Shown here one piece after another: positions 1 to 7,797 of a DNA stretch of 10,853 bases. The notes beneath the pieces are model-generated. The model was not told where the DNA came from. It did no database searches and worked only from the letters and a program-made list of their open reading frames with translations. The position numbers and the translations under genes were made by a program. Source of the DNA: Oligoflexales bacterium (GTDB lineage Bacteria; Bdellovibrionota_B; Oligoflexia; Oligoflexales; Bog-1112); assembly GCA_045105515.1 (NCBI GenBank), contig JBGCDR010000355.1, positions 1 to 10,853 of the forward strand, read 5' to 3'. The stretch's first letter is position 1. Each line of letters starts with the position of its first letter.

Positions 1-137
1 CGAAGATATTTAATTGCCGAAAATATGGTATTTTTCACTTATCACTGGAAAATAAGAAGAGTTTTTAAAATTAATTTCAACCGCGATAAAAAAAACTGAG
101 TTGCAAAGGCAAGAATTTAGTTTCCGACCAGACACTA
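1..137. mobile_element. End of a putative MITE/IS-like repeat element running off the left window edge; terminus 120-137
   Basis: 120-137 GTTTCCGACCAGACACTA has reverse complement TAGTGTCTGGTCGGAAAC, 15/18 identical to 10714-10731 TAGTGCCTGATTGGAAAC. It ends in TA and directly abuts an N-terminally truncated reading frame. Confidence 0.5.
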
Positions 138-377
138 ATTAGTTTCAATTCTGGACTCCTTTGGAATTACTCTCCGTCAATACAGTTTATGACAAGCATC
201 ACATACAATGCTGTCTTATCTGGAAACGAAATCAAACTATCTGAGGAGACTTCCTATAATAAAGCCATTGAGATAACAAATCAGAGTGAGTTTGATTCTG
301 ACCTTGGGAACGAGGCTAAAGCACAAGTAGAACCTGGTGGACCTGGGTTCTTTCTTGGACTACGCTTCTTTATCTGA
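138..377 (+). pseudogene. 3' remnant of a probable outer-membrane beta-barrel protein gene
   Basis: The frame of ORF 189..377 is open upstream (ISFNSGLLWNYSPSIQF-MTSITYNAVL) with alternating beta-strand character. It ends GPGFFLGLRFFI*, resembling a terminal beta-barrel strand. There is no signal peptide and no clear RBS at ATG 189; the barrel-like sequence starts right after the putative repeat terminus. Confidence 0.45.
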
Positions 378-643
378 TAAATCGAATAAATACCTTCTTG
401 ATAGACCTTAATAACAGGGTCGTAGGCTAATAAAACAACTTCGCCGACCTAGGCCTCTGCAACTTTTGTAAAGCTCTCGCCGCCAAATTATCTCAGAGGA
501 AAGCATTTGTTAGCTTAATCTCGACTTCCTGTGGGAATCGAATCTTGGATTTTGAGCTGACATCTTTTCCTACTGTGATATTTTCACCACTTCACCCGGA
601 ATAATGAAGTTGTTATTGCCGACACCAAAAGGGAATTGATAGC

Positions 644-3088
644 ATGGTACAAGAAGATATAAACCAGTATGATTTTTGCAAGATTGAAAAAAAGTGGCAG
701 CAATACTGGGTCGAACAAGAAACTTTCGCGACTCAAGACTTTGGTGATAAGCCCAAATTCTATGTCCTCGACATGTTCCCTTACCCTTCTGGAAATGGCC
801 TCCATGTTGGCCATGTAGAAGGGTATACGGCCACTGACATTGTTGCTCGCCATAAGAGAATGCAAGGCTTCAATGTCCTGCACCCCATGGGATGGGATGC
901 CTTTGGTTTGCCAGCTGAACAGTATGCAATAAAAACAAACACCCACCCACGCGAAACAACTGTCAGTAATATCAGTAACTTTAAACGTCAAATCCAAAGT
1001 TTAGGCTTCTCAACTGACTGGAAACGAGAAGTGGATACCACCGATCCAAAGTACTACAAATGGACTCAATGGATCTTCAGCAAGCTATTTGAAAAGGGAC
1101 TTGCATATGAATCTTTTGCCCCAGTAAACTGGTGTCCTGCTTTAGGCACCGTTCTAGCTAATGAGGAGGTCATTGATGGCCGTTCCGAAGTAGGAGACCA
1201 TCCTGTAGAAAAAAAACCGATTCGTCAGTGGGTTCTAAAAATTACCGAATACGCGGAAAGACTGCTTACTGATCTAGAAGATTTAGACTGGCCAGAATCC
1301 ACCAAAGAAATGCAAAAAAACTGGATTGGCAAAAGCACTGGAGCTAACGTCTCTTTCTCAATAGACGGCCACTCAGGTAAAGGCTTCGAAGTGTTTACCA
1401 CTCGGCCAGATACCCTTTTCGGCGCAACATTTTGTGTTCTAGCGCCCGAGCACCCTTTAGTGAGCGAGATTTCCAGCCCGGATCGGCAAGCAGATGTGGA
1501 TGCATACTGCCAAGAAGCAAAAAACAAATCTGATATGGACCGCACTTCATTGACCAAGGATAAGTCTGGAGTCAATACCGGGGCTTTTGCAATCAATCCA
1601 GTTAATCAGAAAAAAATCCCAATCTTCTGTGCTGACTATGTTCTTATGAGCTACGGAAGCGGAGCTATAATGGCTGTTCCTGGCCATGATGAACGAGATC
1701 ATGAGTTCGCCAAGAAATATGGCATTGAGATTATCAGAGTACTGACTGGAGGCGAAGAAGACATCGAAGATGCGGCCCACCCCGGAGATGGCGAATTAGT
1801 AAACTCCGAGTTTTTAAATGGTTTGTCAAAAGCAGCTGCCATTGAAAAAATGTGTTCTTGGCTCGAAGAAGAAGGTTTTGGTAAAAAAGCCATCACTTAC
1901 CGCTTAAGAGATTGGATCTTTTCAAGGCAGCGATATTGGGGAGAACCATTTCCAATTGCCCACGATAAGGAAGGAAATACAGTCCTAATTCCAGAGTCTG
2001 AACTACCAATTACCCTACCTGTGGTATCTGATTATAAACCAAGTGGATCAGGGGAACCTCCTTTATCAAAAGCGGAAGACTGGCTTGCTTGGTCCCATAA
2101 CGGCAAAGAGTACACCCGAGAAACCAATATCATGCCACAATGGGCTGGATCTTGTTGGTATTACCTACGCTATTTAGATCCCGACAATACCCAAGCTGCC
2201 TGGGACCCAGAAAAAGAAAAACATTGGTTACCTGTAGACCTCTATGTAGGTGGTGTAGAGCATGCTAACCTGCATCTCTTGTACGCCCGCTTTTGGCACA
2301 AAGTATTATATGATCTAGGCTATGTAAGCACTAAAGAGCCGTTCAAAAAACTCAGACATCCTGGCTTAGTGCTAGGCCCTAATGGTGAGAAAATGTCTAA
2401 AAGTAGGGGTAACGTGGTAAACCCTGATGATGTCATCAAAGACTGGGGGACAGATTCATTACGCCTTTACGAAATGTTTATGGGTCCTCTCGATCAAGTC
2501 AAGCCTTGGCAAACTGCAGGCATAACAGGGGTTCATCGCTTTTTGAAGCGTATCTGGAAGCTTGCTGTAAGTGAAGATGGGCAGCTATCCGAAAAGATAA
2601 GCGCTCAAGAAAACTCTCCTGAGTTTTCTAAGATTCTACATAAGACCATTAAAAAAGTGAGTGAAGATTGTGAGGAGATGAAATTCAATACTGCAATTTC
2701 GGCTATGATGGAATTGCTAAATGCCTGTTCAAAAGAAGCGTTTGTCAGCAAAAAAAGTCTAGAAACACTAACCCTTCTTCTTGCTCCCTTCGCCCCACAT
2801 ATCAGTGAAGAACTATGGTTAAAGCTAGGTCATCAGGAAAGCATCGCATTTGCCGCATGGCCTCAGTTTGACCCAGAACTAGTCAAGGACGATACGGTTA
2901 CTGTCAGTATCATGCTCAATGGCAAATTTCGTACAACTATTGACTTAAATAAAGCCTGCACGGCCGAAGATGCTATAAAAATAGCAAAAGCTCAAGCAAC
3001 AGTAGCACGCTTCCTCGAAGGCAAATCGATCAAAAAAGAAATCTACGTACCCGGCAAAATAGTTAACTTCGTTGTAGCAAAAGGCTAG
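644..3088 (+). CDS. leuS: Leucine--tRNA ligase (class I aminoacyl-tRNA synthetase)
   Basis: [19 protein letters not shown] (HIGH motif), [12 protein letters not shown]1 editing motifs FTTRPDT and [44 protein letters not shown], and C-terminal [19 protein letters not shown] upstream. Confidence 0.99.
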   Translation: MVQEDINQYDFCKIEKKWQQYWVEQETFATQDFGDKPKFYVLDMFPYPSGNGLHVGHVEGYTATDIVARHKRMQGFNVLHPMGWDAFGLPAEQYAIKTNTHPRETTVSNISNFKRQIQSLGFSTDWKREVDTTDPKYYKWTQWIFSKLFEKGLAYESFAPVNWCPALGTVLANEEVIDGRSEVGDHPVEKKPIRQWVLKITEYAERLLTDLEDLDWPESTKEMQKNWIGKSTGANVSFSIDGHSGKGFEVFTTRPDTLFGATFCVLAPEHPLVSEISSPDRQADVDAYCQEAKNKSDMDRTSLTKDKSGVNTGAFAINPVNQKKIPIFCADYVLMSYGSGAIMAVPGHDERDHEFAKKYGIEIIRVLTGGEEDIEDAAHPGDGELVNSEFLNGLSKAAAIEKMCSWLEEEGFGKKAITYRLRDWIFSRQRYWGEPFPIAHDKEGNTVLIPESELPITLPVVSDYKPSGSGEPPLSKAEDWLAWSHNGKEYTRETNIMPQWAGSCWYYLRYLDPDNTQAAWDPEKEKHWLPVDLYVGGVEHANLHLLYARFWHKVLYDLGYVSTKEPFKKLRHPGLVLGPNGEKMSKSRGNVVNPDDVIKDWGTDSLRLYEMFMGPLDQVKPWQTAGITGVHRFLKRIWKLAVSEDGQLSEKISAQENSPEFSKILHKTIKKVSEDCEEMKFNTAISAMMELLNACSKEAFVSKKSLETLTLLLAPFAPHISEELWLKLGHQESIAFAAWPQFDPELVKDDTVTVSIMLNGKFRTTIDLNKACTAEDAIKIAKAQATVARFLEGKSIKKEIYVPGKIVNFVVAKG

Positions 3089-3092
3089 CCTT

Positions 3093-3524
3093 ATGTACCT
3101 ATTTTGGAAATGGCTCCATATCGTTGCGATCATCAGCTGGATGGCAGGCATCCTCTACCTTTATCGCTTGCTGATTTATCATACCGAGCGGGGTAGAGAT
3201 AATCAGGATATTCATGACTTATTAGCACTCATGGAGAAACGTCTCTATAAATACATCACCATTCCTGCAATGGTAGTATCTTGGATTGCAGGTTTGAGTA
3301 TGATTGCAATCAATCAGGTACTCTTGACTCAGGTATGGCTAATCAGTAAGCTCGCCTTCGTCATCCTGCTAACAGGGAGTACCCTCTATGCAGGTAAGGT
3401 TCTAAAGTCATTTGCCAAAAAGCAAGACCCTTACCTCTCAGGCAAAACCCTGCGTATCTTAAATGAAGTTCCTACTTTGCTGATGATGATTATCGTTGCC
3501 ATGGTTATTTTTAGACCGTTCTAA
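3093..3524 (+). CDS. hemJ: Protoporphyrinogen oxidase HemJ (membrane protein)
   Basis: WKWLHIVAIISWMAGILYLYRLLIYH, MEKRLYKYITIPAM, WLISKL and LRILNEVPTLLM..IVAMVIFRPF match HemJ family motifs. Four hydrophobic helices; starts 4 nt after the leuS stop. Confidence 0.92.
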   Translation: MYLFWKWLHIVAIISWMAGILYLYRLLIYHTERGRDNQDIHDLLALMEKRLYKYITIPAMVVSWIAGLSMIAINQVLLTQVWLISKLAFVILLTGSTLYAGKVLKSFAKKQDPYLSGKTLRILNEVPTLLMMIIVAMVIFRPF

Positions 3525-6500
3525 TCTAAATCTTCCCCTTGTTTTAGCCTATAGGCTAAAAGGTATGCTTCATGGTCTGCAGAATGACTTGCAGCTACCA
3601 TAGATGGTACCTCATCTACCTTTGCATCATCATGGGATATGAACTGATAAGGAAACGACCTTTTCTTACCCAAGAAAGCAAATCGATCTACTTCCTCGGT
3701 AATCGAACAATGTTCTACTGTATAAGCAATGTAATGACCAGCATCAATCCGATTTCCTTTATGTAAAGTCATAGCAACCAGCTCATATTCCAAGATTTCT
3801 GCTGGCTCATCTTGATTCTCTTTATCAAACCTAGGAATCTTTAAATGCTGGCTTACTTTAACTGCATGGGTTAGCTTTTTTTCTACCCAATGACGCCCAA
3901 ACCTAGCCTTTTCTTGAAGAAATCTTTTTTGATGAATCACCAGAAGCTTGGGCCTATTTACCATCTTAATAGATTTGACCGTTTCATATTTTTCTCCATC
4001 AGTATGGCGTAGCCAATTGTCTGGATCTAGCGTTTCAGCATCCCACATTTTATCAATAGCCTTACTTAATTCGCTGTGACCAGCAATATCAACACTTAAT
4101 GAACTATATGAATCCTGATTATGACTGACGTAATCGACCTTCTGCAGCGAAAGTTGTTGATCTACTTTTATAGCAAGATCTGTATACTCAAAGCCTAGTA
4201 TTGAAAATAAAATGCTAAGTATGTGCCATGAGTCTAATTGATCTCGGTTAAGAGCGTCACTAAGCACATTATCATCTAATACTAAAAGAGATTCGAGGGG
4301 CTCTAAAACCCGATGACTTAAATCTGCCAATTTATCGTCATACAAATCATAACCTCTTAATGCTATACTTATCCAGCGGTGAAGCGCAAACTTTAGCTTT
4401 CGCCTCAAACCATTGTACTCAGCTGTTTTTCCTTCTCCAGCTTTTACAAAGGCTTCCGAGTCGATTTCTGGACTAAGAAAATCGTCAAATTCTGGTACCG
4501 TCGCTACAAGCTGTGTCATAAGTTTCATCAATGAATTGAAAAAACAGACATTGCGCAAGCCTTTACGAAAATTTGCAGCACCTGGATAAAACCGCGAGCC
4601 CACTTTATAATTATTTGCCTCAAAGGTCTCACAGGTGCTTGAGTGCGCATATTGCTCACAACGTCCGCAGGTTGCTTGATTACATGCGCTACAATACCGG
4701 ACATCACTATCCTTAGAAGGTACTAACAAGCCTGGACAATCTGGAGTTCGACATAAAGTAAGATAGGACACACCTAAAAGCCTTTTGATCTTTTTGGAGC
4801 GGTCATAAGTAGTCAGGAACTTTTTAAATCGAGAGTCTTTTATGCTTTTCTTGTTGATTTCACTGAGATTTGCGTCAAATTCTTCAGGCACTGCATTTAA
4901 AATTCTATCTAGATGAAGCTTCCAATATTGCTCCGTTAAATCAAGAGTACTGATTTTTTCTGATAGAGATGATGCAAACTTAACGCGTTCAAAAGATTCG
5001 CCAATATTAATACCTTTAGCAATCATTGCCTCAAGTAGGTACAGGTCATCATAGCGGGTGATTTGCGGCAATATTAATTTCAATTCACTTAGTGGCAAAT
5101 TTTCAAAATTTTCAAAGCATTTCTTAACAAGCTCAAATTTCGGCTCTACATCTACGGTTAAAACCCAATCACCAATCAATTCTTGTTTGTCATTTTCGAC
5201 TAAATATTTGAGGATTTTGAGGTTTGATATTGAATTAATTTTGCTTAATGTATTTAAAAATTTTAAGCTTAAATTGTAATTTTTATCTTCTAAAACCTGT
5301 GCATAAATCTGTTTTGCAAAAGACCTCAAACGATAGGGAACGTGTCTAAAACTATCATAAAGCATTGGAAGATCCAGGCTACCTTCATGCTTCAAACATA
5401 AAGTGAAGAGTTCTACATCAAGATAACTGCTCATCCCTTCATACACATTCGGATCAAATCGCTTTTTAGCGGCAAGGGCTTTCTTAAAAGCCTCATATTT
5501 ATACTGGTTGTCAATATATGGAAATTCATTTAAATGAGGTATAGTTTTCTTTTTTTCAACATAGGCTTCTATAGCTTGAACTTGATAAGGATTTAGGTCA
5601 TTTAAACGCTCAAATGGAAAAGGTTTAATTACCTTCTCCCAAGGAAATTTTTCATAGTCCTCTGGCCTTTTTTTGCGCATAAATACAGAATATTGCTTCG
5701 TTAAGAGCATTAATCCTCGCAGTTTAGCAGACGTATTAATATCTACGAGCATTTGAGCTTTAAATCCAAGCAAAGATAAAATTGTCCGTTCCAATTGTAG
5801 ATTAGGATCTACCCCATATAAACTGCAGTAGTAACGAAATGATTGAATTTGCTCACGGGTAATGATACGGCTACTATGCATAAGTAGATCACGTAATTCC
5901 TTGTTGAGTTTGTCTATTTTAACATTACTATGGCTCCAGGTACTGAGTTTTTCCCTCATAGAATCAATACCAATCAGCATATTCAAACTATCAAATGCAT
6001 TTTTATTATCCCAATTTGGCAAAACCTCCCATAGATCGGGATGGATTTTATCCAAATTTTGAATAAGGAGCTTGATACTGTCAAACACATACGAAGGAGA
6101 ATTATGCCAATTTAGATTGACACCTGAAATTGTTTGCCAAAAAGCACTAGGTGCTTCCTCAGAATTTTCTTGCAAATAAACAAAAGTATCTGCAAGTAAT
6201 CTATTATTTATGAACTTAAGGTCTTCAAGGTGCTTTGGTTTAAAAATTTTCTTTTTAAACAGATATTTCAATATTTTAAGCTGATAATGATTTTGAATAT
6301 GACCCAAATCTGTAATTTTTATCTGCTCATCTTCTTTACTTTCATTTTTAGCAATTTTCCATGCTTTTACCTGTTCGGGGGAAAGAGTCACAAGAAAATT
6401 AAGTTGACCTAAGCTGACCAAGCTCTGATCTAAATCAATCGCTGCCAACACAACACCAGGCTGTGACATAGTACTAATTGCTTCAACGATCTGTTTAAAT

Positions 6501-7036
6501 TCTACCTGCCAATAACTTGCTAATTCAGCCTTGACCATAAATTTTTCATAGATATTTTTTTTAAGTGGACAGAAATTTTTAAGCCTTCTTAGCATAGTTC
6601 TTATGCTTGATAGATCAGCTTCTTTACGAAATAAGGTGTTTTTTATTTCTTCCAACTCTCTTTGCTGCAGCTCAAGACTTATACCTAAATCTTCAGTTTT
6701 AGAAGTTTCCCTCGCCAATTTTCTTTCAATTTTTATTTTAATCTTTTCATTAAGTTCACCCGATTTTTGTGATTCAAGGTTCGAAACTTTTAAAACTGAT
6801 TCTTGGAGAAATTCAGAAATTTCTATTTCTTTTACTCGAGCCTTACCAAAATATTTACGCAGCTGTACTACACTTTTCTCAAGTTCATTCATGTCTTTCG
6901 ACAACTGGGGTAAGATAATACCATACTTAAAAAGAGCAAAATTTTGATCATCTTGTTGTTCACCCAAGCTTACAAATCCTGGACAAAGACAAAACATCAC
7001 CAACAAAATTTTAGATAACATTTGACTTAAGACCAT
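3521..7036 (-). CDS. Secreted multidomain protein: signal peptide, coiled coil, helical repeats, IBR zinc finger and C-terminal USP (peptidase C19) deubiquitinase domain
   Basis: Cys box GAANFRKGLRNVCFFNSLMKL (C831, nt 4544-4546); QQD-like box DQLDSWHILSIL; RPKLLVIHQKRF; His box YELVAMTLHKGNRIDAGHYIAY (H1101, nt 3734-3736); SHDDAKV (D1136/D1137); terminal EAYLLAYR. IBR pattern C-x4-C-x14-C-x2-C-x4-C-x2-C-x4-H-x3-C at aa 762-802. Hydrophobic N-terminus; AAAGG RBS. Confidence 0.88.
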   Translation of the reverse strand: MVLSQMLSKILLVMFCLCPGFVSLGEQQDDQNFALFKYGIILPQLSKDMNELEKSVVQLRKYFGKARVKEIEISEFLQESVLKVSNLESQKSGELNEKIKIKIERKLARETSKTEDLGISLELQQRELEEIKNTLFRKEADLSSIRTMLRRLKNFCPLKKNIYEKFMVKAELASYWQVEFKQIVEAISTMSQPGVVLAAIDLDQSLVSLGQLNFLVTLSPEQVKAWKIAKNESKEDEQIKITDLGHIQNHYQLKILKYLFKKKIFKPKHLEDLKFINNRLLADTFVYLQENSEEAPSAFWQTISGVNLNWHNSPSYVFDSIKLLIQNLDKIHPDLWEVLPNWDNKNAFDSLNMLIGIDSMREKLSTWSHSNVKIDKLNKELRDLLMHSSRIITREQIQSFRYYCSLYGVDPNLQLERTILSLLGFKAQMLVDINTSAKLRGLMLLTKQYSVFMRKKRPEDYEKFPWEKVIKPFPFERLNDLNPYQVQAIEAYVEKKKTIPHLNEFPYIDNQYKYEAFKKALAAKKRFDPNVYEGMSSYLDVELFTLCLKHEGSLDLPMLYDSFRHVPYRLRSFAKQIYAQVLEDKNYNLSLKFLNTLSKINSISNLKILKYLVENDKQELIGDWVLTVDVEPKFELVKKCFENFENLPLSELKLILPQITRYDDLYLLEAMIAKGINIGESFERVKFASSLSEKISTLDLTEQYWKLHLDRILNAVPEEFDANLSEINKKSIKDSRFKKFLTTYDRSKKIKRLLGVSYLTLCRTPDCPGLLVPSKDSDVRYCSACNQATCGRCEQYAHSSTCETFEANNYKVGSRFYPGAANFRKGLRNVCFFNSLMKLMTQLVATVPEFDDFLSPEIDSEAFVKAGEGKTAEYNGLRRKLKFALHRWISIALRGYDLYDDKLADLSHRVLEPLESLLVLDDNVLSDALNRDQLDSWHILSILFSILGFEYTDLAIKVDQQLSLQKVDYVSHNQDSYSSLSVDIAGHSELSKAIDKMWDAETLDPDNWLRHTDGEKYETVKSIKMVNRPKLLVIHQKRFLQEKARFGRHWVEKKLTHAVKVSQHLKIPRFDKENQDEPAEILEYELVAMTLHKGNRIDAGHYIAYTVEHCSITEEVDRFAFLGKKRSFPYQFISHDDAKVDEVPSMVAASHSADHEAYLLAYRLKQGEDLD

Positions 7037-7253
7037 ATTGTGCCTTTACGATCTAAAATGTATACAATTTAAAAAAACCTCGACTAAGCAGGCGCTGGTC
7101 TTTTATCAAATATTTAAATTAAATTCACGGGAAAATTTGCTGCAATAAGCTTGTAACTCATATATTTAATGGTATTTTTTTTAAGTTAATAAATATTAAT
7201 GGGATTATATCGATGCTTTTTTTTGAAGTAATATAATTGCCTGCTTGGCTTAT

Positions 7254-7538
7254 CTATTTCTTCCATTTCTTATATAGAAATCTTCCCGTAAAGACGTAAG
7301 CGATAAATATAAAGCTCACACCTAAAAATATCCCATTGTTTAGAATCCAACCGGATCCACGAAAATAAAGGGACAATCCTAGTGCCCAAGCGATATTCCA
7401 AATACTATAAAAAATATTCTGTTTTGAGCCAAATCCGAATAATGACAAAAATCGAATATCCATAGCACCAATTACAAAGTGGGGAATCGCATTAGCGAGT
7501 AAAAAACCTACTAAAAAATCTATCAAACTGAATTCCAT
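7254..7538 (-). CDS. Small multi-pass membrane protein of unknown function (94 aa)
   Basis: Start reassigned from 7628 to ATG 7538, which is preceded by GAAAGGAATACA (SD-like). About three hydrophobic segments, an FLLANAIPHFVIG motif and a basic C-terminus. Confidence 0.7.
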   Translation of the reverse strand: MEFSLIDFLVGFLLANAIPHFVIGAMDIRFLSLFGFGSKQNIFYSIWNIAWALGLSLYFRGSGWILNNGIFLGVSFIFIAYVFTGRFLYKKWKK

Positions 7539-7722
7539 TGTATTCCTTTCTGTTTCTCTAATGAAATGATTGACCTCTCTCCATTGAAAAATAGGACAAA
7601 GAATCATATCCTTCATCGGCTCAAGCAAATAATGAAATTTCCCTTATTTTTCAAACCATTCCGAATATACTCATAAAATAACACATATATTCTTTTATAA
7701 TATAGTAACTTGTAATTCTACC

Positions 7723-7750
7723 TAAATTATCTATATATTTATTCCGATAA
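7723..7750 (+). promoter_or_regulatory. Putative sigma28 (FliA/SigD)-type promoter for the metalloprotease gene
   Basis: TAAA (7723-7726), a 16-nt spacer and TCCGATAA (7743-7750), compared with the consensus TAAA-N15/16-GCCGATAA. It ends 47 nt before the ATG at 7798. Confidence 0.5.
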
Positions 7751-7797
7751 TATATTCAAGAGATAAAAAAAATCTAACTTTTATTTAGAGTTATAAC

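Noticed and set aside
378..643. T-box or other leader RNA upstream of leuS
   Set aside because: No T-box consensus and no convincing terminator/antiterminator was visible.
584..3151. Minus-strand ORFs 584..997, 1225..1596, 1547..1780, 1699..1896 and 2945..3151
   Set aside because: Antisense shadows of leuS/hemJ with no recognisable motifs.
4631..4753. Cys cluster as a catalytic RING2/Rcat, making a dual ligase-DUB
   Set aside because: It starts C-x4-C and lacks the GCxHMxC catalytic motif of RING2; no RING1 is present, so IBR fits better.
3572..6947. Plus-strand ORFs 3572..3766, 5058..5279, 5862..6062, 6230..6412 and 6603..6947
   Set aside because: Antisense to the 1171-aa gene; composition is typical of shadow frames.
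7086..7246. 8-bp inverted pair AAGCAGGC / GCCTGCTT upstream of the USP gene
   Set aside because: Too short and too far apart to distinguish from chance.
7539..7628. N-terminal 30-aa extension of ORF 7254..7628
   Set aside because: The internal ATG at 7538 has a clear SD sequence and begins the hydrophobic domain; the TTG at 7628 has weaker support.
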